From: an uncultured delta proteobacterium
GTDB taxonomy: Bacteria > Desulfobacterota > Binatia > HRBIN30 > BPIQ01
Direction: 5' to 3'
Assembly: GCA_963761335.1 (NCBI GenBank)
Contig: CAVXGR010000013.1
Span: 128,001 to 192,000 of the forward strand
DNA: 64,000 nucleotides
Of the stretch, positions 27,612 through 41,773 are shown piece by piece. The position numbers and the translations under genes were made by a program. How positions within the stretch are numbered: position 1 is the stretch's first letter; each line of letters opens with the position of its first letter. Below the pieces are notes generated by a model that saw nothing but the letters and a program-made list of their open reading frames with translations, ran no database searches and was not told the origin of the DNA.

Positions 27612-29178
27612 CCGGCGGTCGTCCCCAGCCACCCCCGCCGGGGGTGGCGAGGCGCAAACGCTCGCCGCGGCGGCCGTAGAAGGTCGTCTTCGCAGGCAGA
27701 GACCGGGAACGGGAACCGGTAATCAGCCGGTTCTCACCGGGCTCGCCCGGCCTGCCGCCGGCGAGCCCGTATGGGCGGGTGCGCCGGCGCTCGCTCAAGA
27801 CAGAAACCTGAGCGTCGGCGAGCAGCTCGATCTCGCGAACGATGCCGTCGCCGCCGCTTCTCCGGCCGGCGCCGCCCGAGCCCGGACGCAGGCTATAGCG
27901 GGTGACGCGCAGGGGGTAGTACGCCTCCAAGGCCTCGATCGGAGTGTTGAGGGTGTTGGTCATGTGGCTGTGCATCCCGGAAACCCCCTCCCGCGTCGGG
28001 CCGCCGCCGGTGCCGCCGGCGACGGTCTCGTAGTAGGCGAACTCGCGGCCGCGCAGTGGGTCATACCCGCCGATGGCGACGTTGTTCATGGAACCGTTGC
28101 TCGCCGCCGGAATGCGCCCGGGAAGGGCGCGGCTCAGGGCCCGAAAGATCACGTCGACGAGGCGCTGTGAGGTCTCGACGTTCCCCGCGGCAACGGCCGC
28201 GGGGAAGCGCGCGTTGACCACCGAACCGAGCGGTGCGATGACGCGTACCGGCCGCATCATGCCGGCGTTCGCCGGAATGGCGAACGGGGTAATACAGCGC
28301 ACGGCGTAGAACACAGCTGCCAGCGTAATCGCCTGGTTGGCGTTCACACCGCCGCGCACCTGAGGAGAGCTGCCGGTGAAATCGAACACCGCCTGCCCCC
28401 CGCGTATGGCGATGGCCACATGCACGGGGATGTCGCGCGTCCCGAAGCCGTCGTCGTCGAGGAGATCGCGGGCCGTATAGCGACCGTCGGGAATGCGGTG
28501 AAAGGCGGCGCGCGTCAGCCGCTCGGAGTAGAGCTGCAGAGCGAGCATCAGTCTCCGCGTTGCCGGCCTTCCCTGCACGTGGACCAGGTCGCGCAGCCGC
28601 CGGGCACCGAGGTCGAGCGCCGCCCGCTGCGCCAGCAGGTCAGCGCGCCGCTCACTGGCCCCTCGGACATTGGCGAGGAGAAGCTCGAGAATGCCCTCGT
28701 CGACAGCGCCGGCACGCACCAGGAGGAGCGGCGGAATGCGCACACCCTCCTGGAAGATCTCGGTGGCAAGCGGCATGGACCCGGGTGTCATGCCGCCGAT
28801 GTCGGCGTGGTGAGCGCGATTGGCGACGTAGGCGAACGGCCGCCGCGAGGCGCCGACGAATACCGGCGCCACCAGTGTCAGGTCGGGGAGGTGCGTGCCT
28901 CCGGCGTACGGATCGTTGAGCATCGCCACATCGCCCGCGCGCATCTCCAGGCGATCGATCGCGGCACGCACCGAGAGCGGCGTGGAGCCCAGGTGCACCG
29001 GGATGTGCGCCGCGTGCGCGACCATGCCGCCGTCGCCGTCGAAGACAGCGCACGAGAAGTCGCGGCGCTCCTTGATATTGGGCGAGAAGGAGCTGCGCGC
29101 CAGAGCGGCCCCCATCTCCTCCGCCACCGCGGCCAGGCGATGGTGGAAGACCTCGAGAGTGACCGGATCAACGGCCAT
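27598..29178 (-). CDS. Hydantoinase B / 5-oxoprolinase subunit
   Basis: 'SPNIKERRDFSCA', 'HIPVHLGS', 'NDPYAGGTHLPD', 'HMTNTLNTPIEALE', 'TPGGGGWG'. Confidence 0.92.
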   Translation of the reverse strand: MAVDPVTLEVFHHRLAAVAEEMGAALARSSFSPNIKERRDFSCAVFDGDGGMVAHAAHIPVHLGSTPLSVRAAIDRLEMRAGDVAMLNDPYAGGTHLPDLTLVAPVFVGASRRPFAYVANRAHHADIGGMTPGSMPLATEIFQEGVRIPPLLLVRAGAVDEGILELLLANVRGASERRADLLAQRAALDLGARRLRDLVHVQGRPATRRLMLALQLYSERLTRAAFHRIPDGRYTARDLLDDDGFGTRDIPVHVAIAIRGGQAVFDFTGSSPQVRGGVNANQAITLAAVFYAVRCITPFAIPANAGMMRPVRVIAPLGSVVNARFPAAVAAGNVETSQRLVDVIFRALSRALPGRIPAASNGSMNNVAIGGYDPLRGREFAYYETVAGGTGGGPTREGVSGMHSHMTNTLNTPIEALEAYYPLRVTRYSLRPGSGGAGRRSGGDGIVREIELLADAQVSVLSERRRTRPYGLAGGRPGEPGENRLITGSRSRSLPAKTTFYGRRGERLRLATPGGGGWGRPPVRRR

Positions 29179-31099
29179 GGCGCAGGTGCAGATGTCCGCG
29201 GCGATCGGCGCGCGCCGTCCATCCCCGAGGCAGGTAGGTGGTGGCGCTGAGCTCAGTGATCACCGCCGGGCCGCGGAGAGAGGCTGCGGTCCGCAGCGAG
29301 CGGCGCTCAACCTGCAGGGCCCGCAACCAGCGGCCGGCGAAGAGAGGCGCACTCGTCGGCGTGGCGATCTCCGGCCGGAAGGCGGGCAGAGAGCGGCGGC
29401 CTCGCAGGCCGCGGGCGCTGACCCGGACGGCGACGATCTCGACAGGCCGCTGCCGGTCCTGATGGCCGTAGAGGCGCTGGTGCTCGCGGTGAAAGGCAGC
29501 GGCATAGCCTCGCCCCATCGGAATGTCGATCTCGTGTGACTGACCCGCGTAGCGCCCGGCGAGCGAGGCCGTCAGGCGCACGCACGCCGGGGAAAACCCC
29601 TCGGCCCGCAGATCGCGGCGGGCGCGCTCCACCAGTCGCCGCCGTACGCCGTCCAACCGGTCGACGGAGGGATCTTCCCAGCGCACCGTCTGCATGTAGT
29701 CGCGCAACACGTCGGCAGTCGCCGCCCCCCAGGCGGAAAGAACCCCGGGATCTCGCGGGATCAGCACTCGTGTCATCCCCAGGCTCTCCGCCATCTCACA
29801 AGCGTGCAGCCCCGCCGCCCCGCCGAACGCCAGCAGAGCATAGTCGCGGGGATCGAGGCCGCGTTCTACCGAGACGGCGCGGATGGCGCGCTCCATGGCC
29901 GCGTTGACCACGCGGATGACTCCCGAGGCGACGGTCTCCAGATCGAGACCGAGCTGGCGACCGAGGTGGGCGAGTGCGGCGCGCGCGCGATCCACGTCCA
30001 GCGGAAACCCCCCGCCCAGCAGAGACGATGGCAGGCGGCCGAGGACGAGGTTGGCGTCGGTCACCGTCGCTCGCTCCCCTCGCCCGTAGCACGCCGGGCC
30101 CGGTTGCGCCCCGGCGCTCTCCGGGCCCACCTTCAGCACGCCGCCCGGGTCGCAGCTGGCGATCGACCCGCCCCCGGCTCCCACCGTGTGAATGTCCACC
30201 GCGGGGACGTTCATGGGAAGGCCGCCCACGGCGCACTGGTGGTGCCGGCGGGGCTCGCCGTCGACGAGGCTGACGTCTGTCGAGGTGCCGCCCATGTCGA
30301 GCGTGATGACCCGCCGATAGCCGGCGGAGCGCGCCATCGCCGCGGCACCGACAACTCCACCCGCCGGACCAGAGAGAATCGTCCGCACCGCCTCGCGGGC
30401 CGCTGTCGCCGCACTGAGGGCACCCCCGTTCGACTGCATGACGCGTACCTGCGCGCCCCGCAGACCGCGCGAGAGCTCGGCGATATGACCCTTCATCTTC
30501 GGCGACACGTAGGCGTTGATCACTGCCGTGCTGAAACGCTCGTACTCGCGATGCTGGGCCCCGAGCTCGTGCGATGCCGTGCAGGAGAGGCCGGCGCGCC
30601 GCAGCGCCGCCGCCAGACGTCGCTCGTGGGTCGGGGCGGCGTACGAATGGAGAAAACAGATGGCGACCGCCTCGGCGCCGGATCTCCGCGCCCGCCGCAC
30701 GGCCGCCGCCACCGCCCTTTGGCTGAGCGGCACGAGAATCGAGCCGTCGAAGGCGGCCCGCTCGCGGATGCCGACGCGGTCGTCACGGCTGACCAGGGGA
30801 GGCGGTCGCTCCGGCTCCAGGGCGTACAGCTCGGGGCGTGTCTGCCGGCCGATCTCGATCAGGTCTTCGAAGCCTTCCGTGGTCAGCAGCAGAACGCGCG
30901 CCCCGCTCCGCTCGAGGACGGCATTGGTGGCCACGGTCGATCCGTAGGTCAGGGAGACATCGCGGTCGAGCTCCAGCAGATCGCGCAGACCCTGCAGCAC
31001 GGCTCGCGCCGGGTTATCCGGCGTCGAGGGCACCTTGCCAATCCGCGTCCGCGGACCGTCCACGACGACGATGTCGGTGAACGTCCCGCCGGTGTCCAC
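29168..31099 (-). CDS. Hydantoinase A / 5-oxoprolinase subunit; true start probably upstream of 31099
   Basis: 'DTGGTFTD', 'STVATNAVLER', 'SGPAGG', 'DMGGTSTD', 'GAGGGS', 'FGGAAGLH'. Confidence 0.92.
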   Translation of the reverse strand: MDTGGTFTDIVVVDGPRTRIGKVPSTPDNPARAVLQGLRDLLELDRDVSLTYGSTVATNAVLERSGARVLLLTTEGFEDLIEIGRQTRPELYALEPERPPPLVSRDDRVGIRERAAFDGSILVPLSQRAVAAAVRRARRSGAEAVAICFLHSYAAPTHERRLAAALRRAGLSCTASHELGAQHREYERFSTAVINAYVSPKMKGHIAELSRGLRGAQVRVMQSNGGALSAATAAREAVRTILSGPAGGVVGAAAMARSAGYRRVITLDMGGTSTDVSLVDGEPRRHHQCAVGGLPMNVPAVDIHTVGAGGGSIASCDPGGVLKVGPESAGAQPGPACYGRGERATVTDANLVLGRLPSSLLGGGFPLDVDRARAALAHLGRQLGLDLETVASGVIRVVNAAMERAIRAVSVERGLDPRDYALLAFGGAAGLHACEMAESLGMTRVLIPRDPGVLSAWGAATADVLRDYMQTVRWEDPSVDRLDGVRRRLVERARRDLRAEGFSPACVRLTASLAGRYAGQSHEIDIPMGRGYAAAFHREHQRLYGHQDRQRPVEIVAVRVSARGLRGRRSLPAFRPEIATPTSAPLFAGRWLRALQVERRSLRTAASLRGPAVITELSATTYLPRGWTARADRRGHLHLRHGR

Positions 31100-31206
31100 A
31101 CCGACGAGAAGTGGAGGCCGCTCCGGCGAGATCCGCGAAGCGGCCCCCCGTGAAGTCGGGGCTCCCCGCGCCGCCGGAGATGGGAGAGCAACTTTCGGGG
31201 CGGCGC

Positions 31207-31527
31207 TCAGGCGGCCGCCTTCTTGCCTTTGGCTTCAGCTTTTTCCGGCTTTTTCTTCTCGGACTTCTTCTCCGAGCTGGACTCGCCGCTGGCGCTGGAA
31301 TCTCCGCCCGAAGCCTTCTCCGACTTGTCCTCTTTGCTGCCGCCCGAACCGCTGCGGGCGTAATCGGTCACGTACCACCCGGAGCCTTTGAGCTGAAATG
31401 AGGTGTTCGACATCAGCTTGCGGACCTTGCTCTTGCAGGTCGGGCACTTTTTCAGCGGCGCCTCGGTGATCCGCTGCATCACCTCGAACTCGCCGCACTT
31501 GTCACACTGATATTCGTAGATCGGCAT
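31207..31527 (-). CDS. FmdB-family zinc-ribbon protein
   Basis: '[12 protein letters not shown]...CPTC...[13 protein letters not shown]' with low-complexity tail. Confidence 0.9.
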   Translation of the reverse strand: MPIYEYQCDKCGEFEVMQRITEAPLKKCPTCKSKVRKLMSNTSFQLKGSGWYVTDYARSGSGGSKEDKSEKASGGDSSASGESSSEKKSEKKKPEKAEAKGKKAAA

Positions 31528-31608
31528 CTGACACCCCGTTGAAGTCGATTCGGACCACTTCCCGAATTAATTATCCGGCGTCCGCTTGTCAACGCGCGGG
31601 CAGTACCT

Positions 31609-31723
31609 GTGGCCCGGTGGCTCAGTGGCTCGGTAGGGACGCTCCAAGCAGGATTCTCTCCAAGCAGGATTCTAACGACCCGACACGGCACCGAGATACC
31701 GGGCCACCGAGCCACTGAGCCAC
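31609..31723. repeat. Inverted arrays of GTGGCYCR octamers enclosing a 16-bp tandem duplication
   Basis: Three octamers at 31609-31632, three reverse-complement octamers at 31700-31723, CTCCAAGCAGGATTCT twice at 31642-31673. Confidence 0.8.
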
Positions 31724-31727
31724 CAGG

Positions 31728-32078
31728 TCAGAGGCCGGCGATCTCTCGCAGGCGCCTGAGGATCGCTCCCGGGTCGTCGACCCGCAGCTCGAGGAGCTTG
31801 CTGCGGCCGCGTTCCCCGGAGAGCAGACGGAGCTGATCGCGGCGCAGGCCGAGAGCCCCAGCGAGGTACTCGATCAGCGCCGCATTGGCGGCGCCCTCCA
31901 CCGCCGGGGCGGCGATCTGCAGCTTCAGGGCGTCGCCGTAGAGGCCGGCAACACGGTTGCGGGAGGCACGCGGTTGTACCCTCAGCCGCAGCTGCAAGCG
32001 GCCGGGCTCGGCACGGGCGACAGCAGCACCGAGGCCATAGCCCACCTCCGGCGCCGCCGATTCGCGGGCCTCCTTCAT
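31728..32078 (-). CDS. DUF167/YggU family protein
   Basis: 'VQPRASR', '[15 protein letters not shown]', 'GERGRSK'. Confidence 0.85.
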   Translation of the reverse strand: MKEARESAAPEVGYGLGAAVARAEPGRLQLRLRVQPRASRNRVAGLYGDALKLQIAAPAVEGAANAALIEYLAGALGLRRDQLRLLSGERGRSKLLELRVDDPGAILRRLREIAGL

Positions 32079-32539
32079 CTCTTCCGAGCCTTGGGGCGAT
32101 CCGAAGCCGCGAGGATGAGTGCCAGCTCCCGTTCCACGGCGCTCATGATGCGGGCCTGCTCGGCCGAGTGCTCGTGGTCATAGCCGAGGAGGTGGAGAAT
32201 CCCGTGGACGAGCAAGGTGCGCACCTCGGCAGCCAGGGGTCGGCGGCGTCGGCGTGCCTGCCGGGCGGCGGTTTCGAGCGAGATGACCACATCGCCGAGG
32301 GCGTCATCCGCTCCCGGTAGCGACTCGCCCTCGCGGGCGGCGAAAGCGAGCACATCGGTGGCGCGGTCCTTTCGGCGGAAACGGCGGTTGAGGTCGCGAA
32401 TGATCGAATCGTCGACCAGCACCACCGTCAGCTCGGCTCCGTCTTCCCCCATGGCGCGCAGGATGTGCCGCGCATCGCGGCGCACCGCCGCGGGCGGGCA
32501 CTCGGCGCAACCCGTATCGGCCAGCACCGTCACCGGCAC
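32075..32539 (-). CDS. ybeY: rRNA maturation endoribonuclease YbeY
   Basis: '[17 protein letters not shown]', 'LGDVVIS', '[11 protein letters not shown]'. Confidence 0.93.
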   Translation of the reverse strand: MPVTVLADTGCAECPPAAVRRDARHILRAMGEDGAELTVVLVDDSIIRDLNRRFRRKDRATDVLAFAAREGESLPGADDALGDVVISLETAARQARRRRRPLAAEVRTLLVHGILHLLGYDHEHSAEQARIMSAVERELALILAASDRPKARKR

Positions 32540-32541
32540 GA

Positions 32542-33531
32542 TCAGCCCTGCTGCTTGCGGGCGCGCTCGGCGTCGGCGCGGTCGTAGGCGTTGATGATGT
32601 CCTGCACCAGGGGGTGGCGGACGACGTCGCGATCGGTGAAGGTGCAGAAGCGGATGCCCTCGACATTGCTCAGAAGCGCCTGCGCTTCCTTCAGGCCGGA
32701 GAGCCTCCCCGCCGGCAGATCGATCTGCGTGACGTCGCCGGTGATCACCGCCTTGGAGCCATAGCCCAGGCGGGTGAGGAACATCTTCATCTGCTCGGTG
32801 GTGGTGTTCTGCGCCTCGTCGAGAATCACGAAGGAGTCGTTCAGGGTACGCCCGCGCATGAAGGCGAGCGGAGCAACCTCGATGACGCCGCGCTCCAACA
32901 TCTTGCGGGCGCGCTCGAAGTCGACCATGTCGTGCAGGGCATCGTACAGGGGGCGCAGGTAGGGATTGACCTTCTCTGCCAGATCGCCGGGGAGAAAGCC
33001 CAGCTTCTCGCCGGCCTCGACCGCCGGCCGGGCCAGCACCATGCGGCTGACGTTGTTCTTCAACAGCTCGCTCACGGCCATCGCCATCGCCAGATAGGTC
33101 TTGCCGGTACCCGCCGGCCCGACGCCGAAGACGATGTCATACTGGCGCATGGCATCCACGTAGACCTTCTGCGCCACGCTCTTCGGCGCGATGACGTGCT
33201 TGTGCGCCGACATGTAGATGGTGTCGAGAAAGATGTCGCGCAGGTTGGCACTGCGGTCGCGGCTGAGGATGCGGATGGCGTAGCCGACGTCGCTCGAGTA
33301 CACCGGGTAGCCCTTTTCGAGAAGCCCGTAGAGCTGCGTCAGCACGCGTGCCGCCAGCTCGCGGTCGGTCTCGTCGCCGCTGATGGTCAGCGAGCGCCCG
33401 GTGGTGGTGATGCGCAGTCCGAGGGCGCGCTCGACAGTCTTCAGGTGCTCGTCGTTCTGCCCGAGCAGCTCGTGAAGCAGCCGGTCGTCGTCGAAGCTCA
33501 GCTCGACAGTGGGCGCCGCTTCTTCCTGCAA
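32542..33531 (-). CDS. phoH: PhoH-like ATPase (YbeZ); start approximate (TTG 33531 or GTG 33543)
   Basis: '[11 protein letters not shown]', '[16 protein letters not shown]', 'MRGRTL', 'DEAQN'. Confidence 0.92.
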   Translation of the reverse strand: MQEEAAPTVELSFDDDRLLHELLGQNDEHLKTVERALGLRITTTGRSLTISGDETDRELAARVLTQLYGLLEKGYPVYSSDVGYAIRILSRDRSANLRDIFLDTIYMSAHKHVIAPKSVAQKVYVDAMRQYDIVFGVGPAGTGKTYLAMAMAVSELLKNNVSRMVLARPAVEAGEKLGFLPGDLAEKVNPYLRPLYDALHDMVDFERARKMLERGVIEVAPLAFMRGRTLNDSFVILDEAQNTTTEQMKMFLTRLGYGSKAVITGDVTQIDLPAGRLSGLKEAQALLSNVEGIRFCTFTDRDVVRHPLVQDIINAYDRADAERARKQQG

Positions 33532-33547
33532 TGCCGATCCCACCCCG

Positions 33548-36178
33548 TCAGGCAAAGAGCTCGCGCGCCGCCTGCAGGGCGGCGCCGATCTTGGATGCAT
33601 CCTTGCCACCCGCCTGGGCCAGCTCGGGGCGGCCGCCGCCCCGCCCGCCGACGATGGGCGCCAGCTTGCCGATGATCTGTCCGGCGTGCACCTGCTTGGC
33701 GAGGTCCTTGGTCACCGCGGCGAGCAAGCTCACCCGACCGTCGCTGCCGCCGGCGAGGATGACCACACCGCGCCCCAGCCGCTCGCGCAGGGCATCGGCC
33801 ATCTCCAGCAGCCGCTTCTGGTCGGCCTCCTCGACCTGGGCGGCGATGACCTTGAAGCCGTCGCGCGCCGTAAAGGCCTGGCCGAGAAGGTCGCCACTCT
33901 GCGCCGAGGCGACCTGCGAGCGCAGCTGTTGCAGCTGGCGCTCCAGATCGCGCTGCTGCTGCACGAGCCGCTCCACCTTCTCTGCAACCTCGGTCTCCGA
34001 CCCCTTCACCAGGTCGCCGAGCTGGCGCAGGGTCAGCTCGCGCTGCTGAATGAAGTCGAGGGCGCCGCTGCCGGTCAGGGCCTCGATGCGGCGCACCCCG
34101 GCGGCGATACCACCTTCGCTGCGCACCTTGAGAACGCCGATGTCGCCGGTGCGCTGCACGTGGGTCCCGCCACACAGCTCGGTCGAGAAGTCCCCCATGC
34201 GCAGGACGCGCACGCGGTCGCCGTACTTGTCGCCGAAGAAGGCCAGGGCGCCGCGGGCGATGGCCTCGTCGTAGGGCATCTCCTCACTGGTCACCGCAGC
34301 GTTCTCACGGATGTAGGCATTGGCCTGAGTCTCGATCTCCGTCAAGGCGCGCTCGTCGATGACCCCCGGGTGACTGAAGTCGAAGCGCAGCCGGTCGGAA
34401 GCCACCAGTGAGCCGGACTGGCGCACGTGGGTGCCGAGGCGCTGGCGCAGGACGGCGTGCAGGATGTGCGTCGCCGAATGGTTCAGCCGCGTCGCTTCCC
34501 GCCATTCGCGGTCGAGACGCAGGCGCACCCGCTGGCGGCGCTGAAAGGCGCCGCGGCGCACGACACCGACGTGGACGATGAGATCGGCGCGCGGCTTCTG
34601 GGTGTCAGTGACCTCGACCACCGCGCCGTCGGCCGCCTCGATCCAGCCGCGATCGCCGACCTGCCCGCCGGACTCGCCGTAGAAGGGGGTCTCGGCGGTC
34701 ACCACCTGGACCTCATCCCCTTCGCGGATATCGGTGCACTCCTCGCCGTCGCGATACAGGGCGCGGATCTCCGACTCGGCCTCGTCGACGCGATCGCCGA
34801 GGAAGCACGAGGTGGCTCCGCCGTGGGTCCCCATCACCTCGACGTTGGCCCGGCGCGCCTCGCGGGCGCGACGGCGCTGCTCCCCCATGCTGTGCTCGAA
34901 GCCGGGACGGTCGACGGAGACGCCTGCCTCGCGCAGGATGTCCTCGGTCATGTCGAGGGGAAAGCCGTAGGTGTCGTACAGCCGGAAGGCGACGTCGCCG
35001 GGAAGCACCTTGCCGCCGGTACGGCGCAGCGCGGCGCGCTCCTGCTCGAGCAGCGTCAGCCCCTTGTCGAGCGTCTCGGCGAAGCGCTCCTCCTCGGCGC
35101 GGATGACCTCTTCGATGAAGCTCCGCCGCTCGATCAGCTCGGGATAGGCTCCGCCCATGGTCTCGGCCACCGCCTCGGTGACGCGCCAGAGCACCGGCTC
35201 GGAAAAGCCCAGGTGCCGCGCGTGGCGGGCGGCGCGGCGCAGGATGCGGCGCAGCACGTAACCGCGGCCCTCGTTGGCGGGGAGAACACCGTCGGCGATC
35301 ATGAAGCTGAGAGCGCGGGAGTGGTCGGCGATGACGCGAAAGGCGAGGTCGTCCTCGGCATCGGCACCGTAGCGGCGATCGCGGCTCAGCGACTCGGTAA
35401 AGCGAATCAGGTTGCGGAGCAGGTCGGTGTCGTAGTTGGAGAGCACCCCCTGAAGCACCGCCGTCACCCGTTCCAGGCCCATGCCGGTGTCGACGTGCTT
35501 CGCCTGCAGCTCTTCCAGAGCGCCGCTCTCGTTGCGGTTGTACTGGATGAACACCAGATTCCACAGCTCGATGTAGCGGGCACAGCCGCTGTTGACGGCG
35601 CATTTGTGTCCGGGCACGTGCGGGCGGTCGCAGGCCGCTGCGCCGCGGTCGAGATGGATCTCCGAGCAGGGACCACAGGGGCCGGACTCGCCCATCTCCC
35701 AGAAATTGTCCTGCTCACCGAAGCGCATGATGTGGTCGCCGGCGATGTCCGTCTCGCTGCGCCAGAGTGCTTCCGTCTCGTCGTCGGTGGTGAACACGGT
35801 AGCGTAGAGATGCTCCTTGGGCAGCTTCCACTCCGCGGTGAGCAGCTCCCACGCCCAGGCGATGGCCTCGCGTTTGTAGTAGTCGCCGAACGACCAGTTG
35901 CCGAGCATTTCGAAGAGCGTGTGGTGGTAGGTGTCTCGCCCGACCTCCTCCAGATCGTTGTGCTTGCCGCTCAGACGCAGGCAGCGCTGGGCACTGGCGG
36001 CGCGCGGGTTGTCGCGCTTCTCCAGCCCGAGAAAGACGTTTTTGAACTGCACCATACCGGCATTGGTGAACAGCAGAGTCGGATCCTTGTCCGGGATCAA
36101 CGACGAGCTACGCACCAGCTCGTGGCCGCGGGAGCGGAAGAACTCGAGGAACGCCGTGCGGATCTCAGCGCCGGTCAT
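33548..36178 (-). CDS. alaS: Alanine--tRNA ligase
   Basis: 'LLFTNAGMVQFK', 'HHTLFEMLGNWSFGDYYK', 'NHSATH', 'ELCGGTH', 'GGRGGG'. Confidence 0.97.
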   Translation of the reverse strand: MTGAEIRTAFLEFFRSRGHELVRSSSLIPDKDPTLLFTNAGMVQFKNVFLGLEKRDNPRAASAQRCLRLSGKHNDLEEVGRDTYHHTLFEMLGNWSFGDYYKREAIAWAWELLTAEWKLPKEHLYATVFTTDDETEALWRSETDIAGDHIMRFGEQDNFWEMGESGPCGPCSEIHLDRGAAACDRPHVPGHKCAVNSGCARYIELWNLVFIQYNRNESGALEELQAKHVDTGMGLERVTAVLQGVLSNYDTDLLRNLIRFTESLSRDRRYGADAEDDLAFRVIADHSRALSFMIADGVLPANEGRGYVLRRILRRAARHARHLGFSEPVLWRVTEAVAETMGGAYPELIERRSFIEEVIRAEEERFAETLDKGLTLLEQERAALRRTGGKVLPGDVAFRLYDTYGFPLDMTEDILREAGVSVDRPGFEHSMGEQRRRAREARRANVEVMGTHGGATSCFLGDRVDEAESEIRALYRDGEECTDIREGDEVQVVTAETPFYGESGGQVGDRGWIEAADGAVVEVTDTQKPRADLIVHVGVVRRGAFQRRQRVRLRLDREWREATRLNHSATHILHAVLRQRLGTHVRQSGSLVASDRLRFDFSHPGVIDERALTEIETQANAYIRENAAVTSEEMPYDEAIARGALAFFGDKYGDRVRVLRMGDFSTELCGGTHVQRTGDIGVLKVRSEGGIAAGVRRIEALTGSGALDFIQQRELTLRQLGDLVKGSETEVAEKVERLVQQQRDLERQLQQLRSQVASAQSGDLLGQAFTARDGFKVIAAQVEEADQKRLLEMADALRERLGRGVVILAGGSDGRVSLLAAVTKDLAKQVHAGQIIGKLAPIVGGRGGGRPELAQAGGKDASKIGAALQAARELFA

Positions 36179-36240
36179 GATGGATATGTAGCAAGGTTGG
36201 GGAGCTGAATCGACGGGGAGACGAGGGGCGGGTGGTGGGT

Positions 36241-36258
36241 GGGGACGGGCTACTCTTG
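36241..36258. repeat. Degenerate copy of the GGGGACAGG repeat family
   Basis: GGGGACGGGCTACTCTTG is a 16/18 match to the reverse complement of 5057-5074. Confidence 0.45.
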
Positions 36259-36307
36259 CCGGGGCGCTTGGGCACGAGGACATTTCCTGCCCACTCGCGA
36301 GAGCGGC

Positions 36308-36718
36308 TCAAGGCCTCTTGCCGGCCACCTCCAGGCGGGTTTCCGCCCAGGCGCAATCCGCCGCTGCCTGGGCGTGTTCCTCCTCGAGCGGCGAGGTGGC
36401 GTCCAGACGGGCGCGGGCCTGGCGCAGGTCCTCCTCTGCATGGGAGACGTCGATCTCCTCGGGAAGCTCGGCGGCGTCGGCGAGCACGGTCATGACGTTG
36501 TCGCTCACCTCGGCGAAGCCGCCGCGCACAGCGACGGTGCGGCCCCCTCGATCGGCGCGATAGGTCAGTGGCCCGGTCTCCAGCGAGCTCAGGAAGGTGA
36601 TGTGCTCCGGAAGCACGCCGAACTGGCCGGCGGTTCCGGGCGCGGTGACCTCGCGCACCTGCTCGTCCAGCAGCTGCCGGCGGGGGGTGACGATGCGAAG
36701 CTGTAAGTGGTCGGTCAT
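36308..36718 (-). CDS. atpC: ATP synthase F1 epsilon
   Basis: 'LRIVTP', 'GQFGVLPEH', 'GGFAEV'; operon position. Confidence 0.95.
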   Translation of the reverse strand: MTDHLQLRIVTPRRQLLDEQVREVTAPGTAGQFGVLPEHITFLSSLETGPLTYRADRGGRTVAVRGGFAEVSDNVMTVLADAAELPEEIDVSHAEEDLRQARARLDATSPLEEEHAQAAADCAWAETRLEVAGKRP

Positions 36719-36752
36719 CGGTACTCAGTGAGGCTCGGCGGCCGGCCCGGGC

Positions 36753-39084
<2,332 letters not shown>

Positions 39085-39119
39085 GTGCGGATGGAGCCCG
39101 GCGATTCAGATCGCCGCGC

Positions 39120-40628
<1,509 letters not shown>

Positions 40629-40643
40629 CTGATGAACGACCTC

Positions 40644-41189
40644 CTAGGTGTGACTCTCGACCCCGGCGATTTTCGCCGCGAGCCGCTGCAGCTGGGTGCG
40701 CAGGCTGCCGTCGTAGACCCGGCCCTCCGCCTCGACGACAACGCCGCCGAGCAACGAGTCGTCGTCGGTCTCGGTGGCCATGACCGCCTTGCCGCTGGCG
40801 CGCTCGAAGGCGGCGATGATCTCGCGGCGCTGCGCCTCGGGCAGCGGGGCCGCGGAACGGATCTGCAGGCGCATGCGCTTGAGAACGCGGTCCTCGAGGA
40901 CCTGGTACTGGTCGGCAATCGGTCCCAGCTGACCGAGACGGCGCTGCTCGGCCAGATAAAGGAGAAACTTCTCGGTGAGCGGCGAGAGCGACAGCTGCGC
41001 ACCCATGGCGTCGACGAGCGCTTTGCGCCGCGCCACCGAAAGAAGCGGGCTGGCGGCGACATGCGCCAGCTCCGGCTGCCCGAGCAGGCGCGCAGCAGCC
41101 AGCAGCTCCCGGCCGAGCGCCTCGATTTGCTTCTGCTCGTCGGCGAGCGCAAAGATCGCCTTGGCGTAGCGGCGAGCGACGGCGCTCAT
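40644..41189 (-). CDS. atpH: ATP synthase delta
   Basis: 'VARRYAKA', 'LLGGVVV..YDGSLRTQL'; ATGA overlap with atpF. Confidence 0.93.
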   Translation of the reverse strand: MSAVARRYAKAIFALADEQKQIEALGRELLAAARLLGQPELAHVAASPLLSVARRKALVDAMGAQLSLSPLTEKFLLYLAEQRRLGQLGPIADQYQVLEDRVLKRMRLQIRSAAPLPEAQRREIIAAFERASGKAVMATETDDDSLLGGVVVEAEGRVYDGSLRTQLQRLAAKIAGVESHT

Positions 41190-41773
41190 TGGCTCACCTG
41201 CTCCAGGAACTCTTCGACGAAGCGCTGCTGGTCGGCGTCCGTCAGGCGCTCGCGAACCAGCCGTTCGGCGATCGACACCGCCTGGCGCGCCACCTCCTTG
41301 CGCAGCGTGCTCTGGGCGCGCACGATCTCGGAGGCCGCCGCTCGCCGGGCATCCCTCTCGATGGCGGTGGCAGTCTCCCGCGCCGCCGCGAGGATGCGGT
41401 CGCGCTCGCGCCCGGCATCGTCGCGGGCCGCCTGGCGGATCTCCGCGATCTCGCCTTCGAGGTGATCGAGCCGGCGCTGCCACTCGGCGCGCAGGGCCTC
41501 GGCCTCGGCGCGCGCCGCCGTTGCCTCCTCGATCTCTCGCACAACCCGGTCGCGGCGTTCGATCGCATAGCGCCGCAGGCTGGGCAGGAGTCCGCGTACG
41601 ATGATCACGTACACGAAGATGGTGAAGTTGACGGCAGCGAAGGCCAGCAGCGACCAGGGGATGTGCTCCGGCGAGGCTCCGTGCGGCTCGGGAGTCTGCG
41701 CCGCCACAGCGATCGACGCCATCGAGAGCACGGCGATCGGAGCGCCGCGCCACACTGCGGAGCGGAAGCTCAT
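41186..41773 (-). CDS. atpF: ATP synthase F0 subunit b
   Basis: N-terminal hydrophobic segments, 'VNF', long coiled coil; operon position. Confidence 0.85.
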   Translation of the reverse strand: MSFRSAVWRGAPIAVLSMASIAVAAQTPEPHGASPEHIPWSLLAFAAVNFTIFVYVIIVRGLLPSLRRYAIERRDRVVREIEEATAARAEAEALRAEWQRRLDHLEGEIAEIRQAARDDAGRERDRILAAARETATAIERDARRAAASEIVRAQSTLRKEVARQAVSIAERLVRERLTDADQQRFVEEFLEQVSQ

